Shown one piece after another: positions 35,466 to 44,904 of a stretch of 45,092 bases of DNA (positions are counted from its first letter, which is position 1; each line of letters starts with the position of its first letter). The notes below the pieces were generated by a model, which was not told the origin of the DNA, did no database searches, and saw only the letters and a program-made list of their open reading frames with translations. Source of the stretch: Planctomycetota bacterium (GTDB lineage: Bacteria > Planctomycetota > UBA11346); contig JBBQSO010000042.1 of the NCBI GenBank assembly GCA_038213805.1, positions 1 through 45,092 of the forward strand. The letters are read 5' to 3'. A program made the translations under genes and the position numbers.

Positions 35466-36590
35466 TCACCCCCCTGGCCGCGTCACGCTGCCCCTGGTCA
35501 CCAGCAGCCACGGCTCCATGCGCTGCACCTTCGGCCCCGCGCGCCACGCCTGTGGATCGGCGAGTCCCGAGACGGCGAGTTCGACGGCCATCGTGCCGGC
35601 GGCGAAGAACGGCGGCTGCAGAGCGGTGAGCGGCGGCGCGAAGCGGTAGGCGTAGACGTCGTCAAAAGCGATCACCGAGAGGCGCGCGGGGATGGCCCAG
35701 CCGAGCGCGGCGGCGGCGGCGTAGAGGCCGGCGGCGTAGGTCTCGTCGTAGCACAGCACGGCGGTGGCCTTGGCGAGCTGCGCGCGCGCGCCGAGCGCGG
35801 CGTCGCGGGCGACATCGATGCGGCGGCCGCCAATCGGCGCGTCGAGTGCCACCTCCAGCGCCTGCCAGGTCTGCCCCAGGCGCGCGGCGTGCTCGGCGAC
35901 GGCGTCGCTGCGGCGCAGCGCCCAACGGTGGGCGTCACGCGGCGGGCCGAACCAGAAGATGGAGCGGTGACCGTGGCCGGCGAAATGCTCGAGCGCGGAT
36001 ACGGCCCCGGCAGCGTCGTCCAGGCAGATGCTGGGCAGGCCGGCGTTGTCGGGCCACTCGATGGTCACCACCGGGGCGGTGAGGCCGGTGAACAGCGCCG
36101 GGTTCTCGGGACCGCGCTTGCCGAAGCCGAGCAGCATCAGCGCGTCGATGCGCCCTTCGAGCAGGGCGGCGCGCGCGGCGAGCGGCGCGCTCAGTCCGTC
36201 GGCGGCGTAGACCGGCGCCAGGTACATGCCGGCCGCGTGCGCGGCCGAGATCAGGCCTTCGCGCAGGGGCGCCCAGAAATGGGCGTCGTAGATCACCGGA
36301 TCATTGTCGTAGGCGCGCAGCGGCGTCTCGGCGCTGACCAGGCCGAGCACGCGCGCGCGCCGGCCCTCGCGCAGGGACTTGGCGAAAAAGGAGGGGACAT
36401 AACCGAGGTCGCGCGCCGCGTCGACGATGCGCGTGCGGCAGGCCGCGCTCACCCGGGTGTAGCTGACGGGCGCGCTGAGCACCTTGCTGGCCGTGCCGAC
36501 GCTCACCGCCGCCTGCCGCGCGACGTCGCGCAAGGTCACTCGCTGGAGCACCTTGCGCGGTGTGAAATCCTTTTCCCGGGAATGGTCCAT
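35466..36590 (-). CDS. LacI family transcriptional regulator, ~374 aa
   Basis: VTLRDVARQAAVSVGTASKVLS HTH, LGYVPSFFAKSLR hinge, GHGHRSI, ATAVLCYDE, IPARLSVIAFDD, PPLTAL. Confidence 0.9.
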   Translation of the reverse strand: MDHSREKDFTPRKVLQRVTLRDVARQAAVSVGTASKVLSAPVSYTRVSAACRTRIVDAARDLGYVPSFFAKSLREGRRARVLGLVSAETPLRAYDNDPVIYDAHFWAPLREGLISAAHAAGMYLAPVYAADGLSAPLAARAALLEGRIDALMLLGFGKRGPENPALFTGLTAPVVTIEWPDNAGLPSICLDDAAGAVSALEHFAGHGHRSIFWFGPPRDAHRWALRRSDAVAEHAARLGQTWQALEVALDAPIGGRRIDVARDAALGARAQLAKATAVLCYDETYAAGLYAAAAALGWAIPARLSVIAFDDVYAYRFAPPLTALQPPFFAAGTMAVELAVSGLADPQAWRAGPKVQRMEPWLLVTRGSVTRPGG

Positions 36591-36689
36591 GAGCCTCTGG
36601 GTAGGGTATATTACCCCATGCTCAAGCCCCGACACCCGGCCAGGCGGCCTCAGCATGGACGCACCGGAAGCCGCGCGCGCAGCGGCACG

Positions 36690-38660
36690 ATGATCCTCGC
36701 CGTGGGTCTGGCCATGGCTTTCTGGAGCGTGGCTGGCGGCCGTGCCATGGGCGCCGACAGCCGACCGGTACCTGGGGAAGCTGCGGGAGCGCTCGCCGCC
36801 GTGCGCCCGCTGCTCGAAACCCAATGCTTTCCCTGCCACGGACCGGCCAAACACAAGGCCGGGATCGATTTGAGCGCCTCCTGCGACGCCGCCGGGGTGC
36901 TGCGCGATTACAAGACCTGGTCGAAGGTGCGCGCGCAGCTCGCCTCCGGCGACATGCCGCCGGAGGAGGCCAAGGCCCACCCCACGCCCGAGCAGGCCAG
37001 GCAGCTCGCCGCCGCCGTCGAGCGTGCCCTGGCGGTCGCGGACACCGCCCTGGCGCAGCTCAAGGATCCCGGTCCAGCGCCCGCCCGCCGGCTGAACCGC
37101 CGCGAGTACACCGCCACCGTCAAGGACCTGCTCGGCATCAGCCTGGATGTCGGCGAGGCCGCCGGCCTGCCCGATGACGGCGCGCGCGGGTACGACACCT
37201 ACGCCGGCGGCCTGGGCATGGCGACGCTGGAATTCGAGAAGCTGTTCGCCGCCGCCGACCTCGCGCTGCACGCCGTCGTCGAGCCGCCCGCGAGCGCTCC
37301 GGCGCCGGCCCGCGCCGCGTGGGACGCGCTGTTCGCACTACCCGCCGGCAGCGCGCCCACGGAGGTCGCGCGCACCGACCTCAGCGCCTTCCTGCGCCGC
37401 GCCTACCGCCGCCCGCCGGCGCCGGACGAGGTCGCGCGCACCGTCGCCGTGTTCACCGCCGCTACGGCGCGTGGTCGCGATTTCGCCACGGCCATGCGCC
37501 TGGCGCTCAAGACCGTGCTGGTCTCGCCCGCCTTCCTCTACCGCGTCGAGCCGCTGACCGCTTCGGCCGGCGCGGTGGGCGAGCCGCGCCGCGTCGGCGA
37601 TCATGAACTCGCCTCGCGGCTGTCCTACTTCCTGTGGTCGAGCATGCCCGACCGCGAACTGTCCGAACTCGCCGACCGCGGCCGCCTCGCCGATCCCGCG
37701 ACCGTCGCCGCGCAGGTCGCGCGGCTGCTCGCCAGCCCGCGCGCCCATGCCCTGGTGGATGGCTTCTTCGCCGCATGGCTGCAGATCGACCACCTCGACC
37801 GCGCGCGCCCGCAGCAGCAGTTCTTCCCGCAGCTGACCGCGCCGCTGCGCACTGCGATGTACGACGAGACCGCACTGTTCATCGACCAGCTGCGCGCGCA
37901 GGACCGTCCCGTGCTCGAGCTGCTCGACTGCGACTACGCCTACGTCAACGAGGACCTGGCGCGACTCTACAACCTGCCCGGCGTCGACGGCGCACAGCTG
38001 CGCCGCGTGGCGCTGAAGCCCGGCGATCACCGCGGCGGCCTGCTCGGCATGGCCAGCGTGCTGACCGCGACCTCGCACACGTCACGCACCAGCCCGACGC
38101 TGCGCGGCAAGTGGGTGCTGGAGGTGCTATTCGGTACCCCGCCGCCGCCGCCACCGCCGGGCGTCAACACCCAGATCGACACGGCGGCCAAGAACGCGGA
38201 CGCGCCGCACACCTTCCGCGAGCAGCTCGCCCGCCACGTCACCGACGCGGCCTGCGCGGCGTGCCACCGCAAGATGGACCCGCTCGGCTTTGGACTCGAT
38301 ACCTTCGACGGCATCGGCGCCTGGCGCACGGCCACCGCCGAGCGGCCGCTCGACACCAGCGGCGTGCTGCCCGGCGGCGCACGCTTCGCCGGCGCCGACG
38401 AGCTCAAGAAGGTGCTGTGGGAGCGGCGCGAGCGCATCATGCGCAACCTTGTCGAGCAGGTCTTCATCTACGCCCTCGGACGCGACCTCATCCCCGCGGA
38501 CGAAAAGCCGCTGGCCCAAGCGTGCGCGCGCCTGGCCAAGGACGGCTACCGCTTCTCGGCGCTGATCCTGGCGGTGGTGGAGAGCTACCCGTTCCAGAAC
38601 CGCCGCGGCGCCGGGATCGCCGCCAGCGAGCACGTTCCAGCCCCCGCGGGAAAGCCATGA
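36690..38660 (+). CDS. Cytochrome c + DUF1587/1595/1592/1588/1585 protein, ~656 aa (alternative start 36618)
   Basis: QCFPCHG...GDMPP, RRLNRREY, FLRRAYRRP, ELASRLSYFLWSSMPD, RGGLLGMASVL, TSPTLRGKWV, CAACHRKMDPLGFG, YALGR. Confidence 0.9.
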   Translation: MILAVGLAMAFWSVAGGRAMGADSRPVPGEAAGALAAVRPLLETQCFPCHGPAKHKAGIDLSASCDAAGVLRDYKTWSKVRAQLASGDMPPEEAKAHPTPEQARQLAAAVERALAVADTALAQLKDPGPAPARRLNRREYTATVKDLLGISLDVGEAAGLPDDGARGYDTYAGGLGMATLEFEKLFAAADLALHAVVEPPASAPAPARAAWDALFALPAGSAPTEVARTDLSAFLRRAYRRPPAPDEVARTVAVFTAATARGRDFATAMRLALKTVLVSPAFLYRVEPLTASAGAVGEPRRVGDHELASRLSYFLWSSMPDRELSELADRGRLADPATVAAQVARLLASPRAHALVDGFFAAWLQIDHLDRARPQQQFFPQLTAPLRTAMYDETALFIDQLRAQDRPVLELLDCDYAYVNEDLARLYNLPGVDGAQLRRVALKPGDHRGGLLGMASVLTATSHTSRTSPTLRGKWVLEVLFGTPPPPPPPGVNTQIDTAAKNADAPHTFREQLARHVTDAACAACHRKMDPLGFGLDTFDGIGAWRTATAERPLDTSGVLPGGARFAGADELKKVLWERRERIMRNLVEQVFIYALGRDLIPADEKPLAQACARLAKDGYRFSALILAVVESYPFQNRRGAGIAASEHVPAPAGKP

Positions 38661-40090
38661 CCCATCCGCCGCTCCCCTCCCGCCGCCGTTTCCTGCGCGG
38701 CGCCGGCGCGCTGCTCGCGCTGCCCTTCCTGGAATCGCTGCCCGCGCGGGCCTGGGCAGGCGATCCCGCGCCCGTGCGCGGCGCCGGCGGGCCGCCGCTG
38801 CGCCAGCTCATCATCACCGTCGCCGGCGGCACGGTCATCGAGTCGTGGAAGCCCAAGGCCGCGGGCCCGCTCGGCAAGCTGCCCTCGATCCTGCGCCCGC
38901 TTGAAGGCCATCAACAGGATCTGCTGCTGCTTTCCGGACTCGGCCACAACGGCCGCCAGGAGGGCGGCGGCAACGCGCACACCTGCTGCGCGGGCCTGCA
39001 CCTGACCGGCACCAAGCTGTTCAGCTGGGAGGGCAAGGTCCCGCGCTCGACCATCTCCGTCGACCAGGCCGCCGCCGCCGCGGTGGCGGGCGCGACCATC
39101 CTGCCCTCGCTTGAGCTGGGCGAGCCCAACGGCGAGCAGACCTACTCGTGGAGCGAGGCCGGCGCGGTGGTGCCCTACGAGCGCAGCCCCAAGCAGGCCT
39201 TCGACCGCCTGTTCCGCGGCCGCGTGCCGGCCGCGCCCGATTGGAAGAAGCGCGCGACGGCGAAGCCGGCGGCGGGCGGCGGCGGAAAGGCCGCAGCCGG
39301 CAGCGACGACCGCCTGGTCATCGACGCGGTGCTCGACCAGGCCAAGGCGCTGCGCGGCCGGGTAGGGCGCGCCGACCTGCAGCGCGTCGACGAGTACCTG
39401 GAGAGCGTGCACGCGCTGGAACGCCGCGTCATCCGCCTCGACCAGCGCGTCGCCGCCGAAGCCGCCGATACGCGCGGTGGGCGTGGCGTCCCGTCGCCCG
39501 CCCTGCCCGCGGACGGCGCACCCGGCTGGAATCTGCGCTGGAGCGGCGACGACCCCGAGCAGCGCGCCGAATACATGCGGCTGATGACCACCCTCGCCCT
39601 GCTCGCCTTCCAGACCGACACCACGCGTGTTGCGACGCTGTCCTTCGGCCAGGACGGCGAGCTGTGGGATGGCGTGGTCACCGTCACCAACGAGTTCCAC
39701 CACCACACCCTCGAGCACCAGGGCAACGCCAACCCGGTGAGCAACGCCGACCCGCTGTCGCGCGAGGGCTGCCGCCAGATCCACGAGTGGTACTCGGCGC
39801 GCTTGGCCGAGACCCTGGCCATGATGAAGGGCATCGACGAGGGCGGCAGCTCGCTGCTCGACAACAGCATGGTGCTGTACACCAGCTACATGGCCGACGG
39901 CGGCCACGGCACCAAGGACTACCCGGTGCTGCTCGCCGGGCGCGCACAGGGCACGCTGAAGACCGGGCGCCACGTCGCCTACGCGCCGGCCACGCCGGTC
40001 GCCAACCTCTACGTGTCGATGCTCGAGCGCATGGGGGCGGCGCCGACCGCCTTCGGCGAGAGCACCGGCCCGCTCGCCGACCTGGCCTGA
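38657..40090 (+). CDS. DUF1552 domain protein, ~477 aa
   Basis: ATGA overlap with the upstream gene. SRRRFLRGAGALLALPFLESL, ISVDQAAA, RVDEYLESVHALE, LAFQTDTTRVAT, SLLDNSMVLY, PVLLAG, PVANLYVSML. Confidence 0.9.
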   Translation: MTHPPLPSRRRFLRGAGALLALPFLESLPARAWAGDPAPVRGAGGPPLRQLIITVAGGTVIESWKPKAAGPLGKLPSILRPLEGHQQDLLLLSGLGHNGRQEGGGNAHTCCAGLHLTGTKLFSWEGKVPRSTISVDQAAAAAVAGATILPSLELGEPNGEQTYSWSEAGAVVPYERSPKQAFDRLFRGRVPAAPDWKKRATAKPAAGGGGKAAAGSDDRLVIDAVLDQAKALRGRVGRADLQRVDEYLESVHALERRVIRLDQRVAAEAADTRGGRGVPSPALPADGAPGWNLRWSGDDPEQRAEYMRLMTTLALLAFQTDTTRVATLSFGQDGELWDGVVTVTNEFHHHTLEHQGNANPVSNADPLSREGCRQIHEWYSARLAETLAMMKGIDEGGSSLLDNSMVLYTSYMADGGHGTKDYPVLLAGRAQGTLKTGRHVAYAPATPVANLYVSMLERMGAAPTAFGESTGPLADLA

Positions 40091-40124
40091 GCTGCGCTGC
40101 GCTGGACGGAACGGAAAGCACGCC

Positions 40125-40991
40125 ATGTTCAACCACTTTATCGCCGTCGGCCGCATGGGCCTGCGCCTGACCAGCCCCGACGGCGCGGCATGGTCCGCGC
40201 CGCAGCTCGCCAAGGATCCGCACACCCTCGCGAGCATCGCCACCGGCAACGGCTGCGTGGTCGCGGCGGGCATGTTCGGCACCGGGCAGAATGTGTTCTA
40301 CCGCAGCACCGATCTCCAGCAGTGGGAGAGCGCCACGGCGAAGAGCGACTACGTCTACATGCTGCACCAGGTCGCCTTCGGCGGCGGGCGCTTCATGGCG
40401 ATGTCGGCCGGCGGCGTCAACGGCGATGATTCGGGAGTGATGCAGTTCTCGGACGACGGCCTGAAGTGGGGCGAGCGCCTGCCGCGCGCGAAGAAGGCCC
40501 ACTCCCTGGGCCGGGTGGTGCGCGGCAAGGATGCCTGGCTGGGCATCGGCTCCTTCGGGTTGAAGTCGGTGTCCGCCGACGGCCAGACCTGGCAGGACGC
40601 CACCGGACAGACCCCTGCCGACACCCTGATCGACGTCGCCTACGGCAACGGCATGTATGTCGGCGGCGGCCTGGGCGGTCTGCGCATGAGCAGCGCCGAC
40701 GGCCTGACCTGGGGCGCGCGTGACGTCGGCGAAGAAGGCGAACACATCCACGCCATGGTCTTCACCGGCAAGGAATTCGTCGGCGTCGGCCTGGGCGCGA
40801 CCTACGTCTCGAAGGACGGCCAGCGCTGGACGCGCACGCCCAACCACGACGCCCCGGTGTCGTGCGCCTATGCGCGCGGCACCTTCGTCGGCGCCGCCTA
40901 CAAGGGCCGCATCCTGGTCTCGCGCGACGCCATCACCTGGAAGCAGGTCGCCACCTGCCCCCAGCACATCCAGGCCATCGCGTTCGTGTGA
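40125..40991 (+). CDS. Asp-box/BNR-like repeat beta-propeller protein without signal peptide, 288 aa
   Basis: Seven S-x-D-G-x-x-W-like repeats (SPDGAAW, STDLQQW, SDDGLKW, SADGQTW, SADGLTW, SKDGQRW, SRDAITW) and VAYGNG motifs. GGAAAG RBS. Confidence 0.8.
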   Translation: MFNHFIAVGRMGLRLTSPDGAAWSAPQLAKDPHTLASIATGNGCVVAAGMFGTGQNVFYRSTDLQQWESATAKSDYVYMLHQVAFGGGRFMAMSAGGVNGDDSGVMQFSDDGLKWGERLPRAKKAHSLGRVVRGKDAWLGIGSFGLKSVSADGQTWQDATGQTPADTLIDVAYGNGMYVGGGLGGLRMSSADGLTWGARDVGEEGEHIHAMVFTGKEFVGVGLGATYVSKDGQRWTRTPNHDAPVSCAYARGTFVGAAYKGRILVSRDAITWKQVATCPQHIQAIAFV

Positions 40992-41042
40992 GATCCACGC
41001 TGGGGACTTTAGGTCTGAGACGGGACAGACAGCAGATAGAAC

Positions 41043-41183
41043 AGGCGCGGAGACGCGGAGGCCGGAGGAGGTGGGACGGGTGCCGCCGAACCCGCTTCAC
41101 CAGCGCGGCTCACGAGCGGACGCTCCACCGCAGTCCTGCAAAGCTTCCATGCGTCCTCATCCGGACTCCGCGTCTCCGCGCCT
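41043..41183. repeat. 24 bp inverted repeat pair (REP-like doublet of a second type)
   Basis: aggcgcggagacgcggaggccgga (41043-41066) vs tccggactccgcgtctccgcgcct (41160-41183), 23/24 complementary. Confidence 0.8.
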
Positions 41184-41210
41184 CGTGTCCTCTCCTTCTC
41201 CGTTGGGAAA

Positions 41211-42197
41211 ATGCCGATGCTCCGACTTCTCATCCTCGCCGCGCTCCTGGTCACCGCCGCCGCGCAGGAGGCGCCCGGGGTGTTCGTCGCGGTCGGGTAC
41301 GGTGGTTTCCGCGGCTGGTCGGCTGACGGGCGGACCTGGACGGCCGAGCGCACAGAGGCGGAGAGCAGGGATGACGATCAGGTGATCTTCTCGCTGACGT
41401 ACCGCGCCGGCGTGTTCCTGTGCGCCGGCGGCGGCGGCGCCAGGGGCTTCATCCTGCGCTCGACGGATGGGAAGCAGTGGATGGAGGTCGCCACCGATCG
41501 TCACCGCATCCACGATGTGATCGCGCTCGACGACGGTTTCCTGGCGGTGTTCGACGGCCATTTCCAGGCCTCGGTAGACGGCAGCGCGTGGCGGCCGCTG
41601 GCAGAGGCGAAGCCCACGGCCGCTGACGGCATCGGCGGCGGCTTCTTCCGCCGCTACGCGGTGGGCAAGGGAGCCATCGTGTTCGCCGGCGACTACGGCC
41701 TGCCCGGCGGCGTGCCGCGCGTCGGCTGGATCGGCACCACGCGCGGCGGCACCACCCCGATGACCATGGCCATGCAGCCGAGTGACGTGCGCGGCCTGGC
41801 TTTCGGCAACGGCCGCTTCGTCGCCTGCACCCACGCCGGAACGGTGCTGGTCTCGAACGACGGGCAGGCGTTCACCAGCAGCGGCCCCGCAACCGGCGAC
41901 GAGCACGACGACGACTGCGTGCGCTTCCAGGGTGGCGCCTTCTGGCTCATCGGCAGAAAAGGTTGGCACACCTCTGCTGACGGCGCGCAGTGGGCCCCGG
42001 TCGCGCATCCGCCGCACCTGGCCCGCGCCGCGGCGCCGGGCGGCGCGGCCATCGACGGCGGCTGGGGCGGCCTCCAGGTCGCTGCCGATGGCAGGACCTG
42101 GGAGAAAGCCACGGTTTCCGTCGATGCCACGGGCATCACCGCGGTCGCCTATGGCGTGCCGCTCGCGGCCCTGCCAAAGCGCGCCGCAACCCACTGA
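41211..42197 (+). CDS. Secreted Asp-box/BNR-like repeat beta-propeller protein, ~328 aa
   Basis: Signal peptide MLRLLILAALLVTAAA. Repeats SADGRTW, STDGKQW, SVDGSAW, SNDGQAF, SADGAQW, AADGRTW, plus LAFGNGRFV. Confidence 0.8.
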   Translation: MPMLRLLILAALLVTAAAQEAPGVFVAVGYGGFRGWSADGRTWTAERTEAESRDDDQVIFSLTYRAGVFLCAGGGGARGFILRSTDGKQWMEVATDRHRIHDVIALDDGFLAVFDGHFQASVDGSAWRPLAEAKPTAADGIGGGFFRRYAVGKGAIVFAGDYGLPGGVPRVGWIGTTRGGTTPMTMAMQPSDVRGLAFGNGRFVACTHAGTVLVSNDGQAFTSSGPATGDEHDDDCVRFQGGAFWLIGRKGWHTSADGAQWAPVAHPPHLARAAAPGGAAIDGGWGGLQVAADGRTWEKATVSVDATGITAVAYGVPLAALPKRAATH

Positions 42198-42538
42198 CCG
42201 CGGTTTCCCCGACGATTGCCGCCACCAAAGCGTCACGAATCGCCCAGGTTGCCGAAGGTTTCGACCTGGATGGCGCTGGCATGGGAAGTCGCCGGCCTGG
42301 CGTTGGGGGTTTCCGACTTTCACGGCTGTCTGGTGACGTGGCGATGACGGTGACCGGCACTTCGTGCGGTGACGCGGCGCGGTCGCGTCCGCTACCTCCC
42401 GCGCGCCGCGCCGCGCCATCGTCGCCCGCTGCATCACACCGGTACATGGCGCTCTGGAAGCCCTTCCGGCAACCGTCTTGCGAGTCGGCAGGCGCCAGTA
42501 GGTTACGGGTCTCGCCGAGCTGCGGGGAAGGGTCGGGC

Positions 42539-44830
42539 ATGACGCACGCGCTACGAGATCGCCGTTCGCTGGCTTCAGGTCACCGCACCCAGCGGGTGAC
42601 GACGGTGCTGTGGCTGTTGGCCGCCTGCATCGGCCTACGCGGCGCCGACGCGCCGACGCCCTTCGACACCACCAGGCGCGTCGCATGGACGACCTCGCAG
42701 ATGCACGGCACCGCCGAGCCGCCCGCCGCCTACCACGTGGTCCGCGTCTATCCCAAGCTGACCCTCGAAAGCCCGGTCGACCTGCGCCTGGATGCGGCCG
42801 GTCAGCGCTGGTACGTGCTCGAACTCAGCGGCGCCGTGCGCAGCTTCCCGGTCCAGCTCCAGGGCGCGCAGCCGCAGGCGGCGCAGAAGCCCGAGCTGGT
42901 CCTCGACCTCGCCACCCCCGGCCTGCCCGAGCGCGTGCGCCGCGTCGCGTACGGCCTGGTCCTGCATCCGCGCTTCGCCGAGAACGGCCAGATCTACGTC
43001 TTCTACCGCGAGCAATTCCCCGGGCCGCCGCGCACGCGCATTTCACGCTTCATCGTCGACCTGCGTGAACCCGAAGTGGTGCCGCGCGCGCGCCTCGACA
43101 GCGAGACGGTGATCTGCGAGTTCCTCTCCGGCGAGGACCACTTCGGCAGCAGCATGGCCTTCGGGCCTGACGGCTTCCTCTACTTCTCGGTCGGCGACGG
43201 CAGCGGCTACGGCGACGGCGGCGAAAGCGGCCAGGACCTGGGCGATTTCCAGGCGTCGATCCACCGCATCGACGTCGACCATCCCAGCCGCGGGCGCATG
43301 TACTCCATCCCGGCCGGCAACCCCTTCGCCGAGCGTCTGGGCGCACGGCCGGAGATCTGGGCCTACGGCCTGCGCAACATCTGGCGCATGGCCTTCGACC
43401 GCACCACCGGTGACCTGTGGGCCGGTGACGTCGGCCAGGACCTGTGGGAATCGGTGTTCAAGATCGAGCGCGGCGGCAACTACGGTTGGTCGATCCTTGA
43501 GGGCACCCATGGTTTCCGCCCGGAGCGCCCGCACGGACCGACGCCGATCATCGCCCCGGTGATCGAGCACGCGCACTTCGAGGCGCGTTCACTGATCGGC
43601 GGCCAGGTCTACCGCGGCAAGCGCCTGCCTGAACTCGCCGGCGCCTTCATCTATGGCGACTACGACACCGGCCTGGTGTGGGGCGTGCGCGGCGAGGCCG
43701 GCAAGCCCACCTGGCACGCGCAGCTTGCCTCGACCGCGCTGCGCATGGTCGATTTCGCCGAGGACGCCGATGGCGAACTGCTGCTGGTCGACCTGATGGG
43801 CGGCCTCTACCGCTTCGAAGCCGAGGACCCCGCGGTGCTCGCCACCGCGGCCGGCCACCACTTTCCGCACCTGCTGAGCGAGACCGGGTTGTTCTCCTCC
43901 ACCGCCGAACACCGCGTCGCACCCGGGGTCATCCCCTACAGCGTCAACTCGCCGCTGTGGTCGGACGGCGCGGCCAAGCAGCGCTTCATGGCCATCCCCG
44001 GCGACGGCAAGCTCGAGAATCAGGGCGACAACGGCTGGACCTTCCCGCAGGACAGCGTGCTGGTGAAGACCTTCGCGCTCGACCTCGAGACCGGCAATCC
44101 GGCGACGCGCAAGCGCCTCGAGACGCGCCTGCTGCATCTGGTGCAGAACACCTGGCACGGCTACACCTACCTGTGGAACGACGCGCAGACCGACGCCGAG
44201 CTGCTCGAGCAGCCGGCCGGCCTGGACCGCACCTACAGCATCCGCGACGCCCAGGCGCCCGGCGGCGTGCGCGAGCAGCGCTGGCACTTCCCCGGGCGCG
44301 CGGAATGCACGCTGTGCCACACCATGCCGGCGAACTACGTGCTGGGCGCCAGTACCGCGCAGCTCAACCGCGACCAGGACTACGGCGGCGGCGTGGTGGC
44401 GAACCAGCTGACGGTCTTCGACCACCTGGGCCTGCTTGCCCACCCGCTCGGCGGACAGCCGCCCGCGCAGCTCGCGCGCCTGGCCGACCCGCACGACCAG
44501 CACGCTCCGCTCGAGGCGCGCGCCCGCGCCTACCTGCAGGCCAACTGCGCGCACTGCCACATGAAGTACGGCGGCGGCAACGCCTACTTCTTCCTCACCA
44601 GCACCATCCCGCTGGCGCAGACCGGCGCGGTCAACCTCGACCCCCAGCACGGCGATCTCGGCATTCCCGGCGCGAAGGTGCTGCGCCCCGGCGACCCCGA
44701 CCACTCGCTGATGCTCGCGCGCATGGCCGCCCTCGGCCCGCTGCGCATGCCCCGCATCGCCTCGAGCGTCGTCGACCAGGACGGCGTGGCGCTGATCCGC
44801 GCGTGGATCGCGGGGATGCCGCGGCAGTAA
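42539..44830 (+). CDS. PQQ-dependent glucose/sorbosone dehydrogenase-like propeller fused to a diheme cytochrome c (SO2930-like), ~763 aa
   Basis: GLVLHPRFAENG, HFGSSMAFGPDGFLYFSVGDG, IPAGNPF, EIWAYGLRNIWR, GDVGQD, GGNYGW. Then LSETGLF, PYSVNSPLWSDGAAKQRF, LETRLL, CTLCH, ARAYLQANCAHCH, RMP. Confidence 0.9.
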   Translation: MTHALRDRRSLASGHRTQRVTTVLWLLAACIGLRGADAPTPFDTTRRVAWTTSQMHGTAEPPAAYHVVRVYPKLTLESPVDLRLDAAGQRWYVLELSGAVRSFPVQLQGAQPQAAQKPELVLDLATPGLPERVRRVAYGLVLHPRFAENGQIYVFYREQFPGPPRTRISRFIVDLREPEVVPRARLDSETVICEFLSGEDHFGSSMAFGPDGFLYFSVGDGSGYGDGGESGQDLGDFQASIHRIDVDHPSRGRMYSIPAGNPFAERLGARPEIWAYGLRNIWRMAFDRTTGDLWAGDVGQDLWESVFKIERGGNYGWSILEGTHGFRPERPHGPTPIIAPVIEHAHFEARSLIGGQVYRGKRLPELAGAFIYGDYDTGLVWGVRGEAGKPTWHAQLASTALRMVDFAEDADGELLLVDLMGGLYRFEAEDPAVLATAAGHHFPHLLSETGLFSSTAEHRVAPGVIPYSVNSPLWSDGAAKQRFMAIPGDGKLENQGDNGWTFPQDSVLVKTFALDLETGNPATRKRLETRLLHLVQNTWHGYTYLWNDAQTDAELLEQPAGLDRTYSIRDAQAPGGVREQRWHFPGRAECTLCHTMPANYVLGASTAQLNRDQDYGGGVVANQLTVFDHLGLLAHPLGGQPPAQLARLADPHDQHAPLEARARAYLQANCAHCHMKYGGGNAYFFLTSTIPLAQTGAVNLDPQHGDLGIPGAKVLRPGDPDHSLMLARMAALGPLRMPRIASSVVDQDGVALIRAWIAGMPRQ

Positions 44831-44904
44831 ATGGTGGAGTGCGACGCGGGACCGTGTTCTTGCACGGTCGTGCGCGCGAGGAGCGCGAGCCCGGAAGTGA
44901 TGAT

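Noticed and set aside
35457..36689. ORF-track N-terminal extensions (35457 start for DUF1592, 37271 for LacI, 37634 for DUF1552, 41990, 24746, 18070, 13623, 7637, 4139, 1742)
   Set aside because: They overlap neighbouring genes or precede clear signal peptides or HTH domains, so downstream ATGs were chosen.
44850..44869. Hairpin GACCGTG-TTCTTG-CACGGTC after the last gene as an intrinsic terminator
   Set aside because: Only a 7 bp stem with no U-tract, too weak to call.
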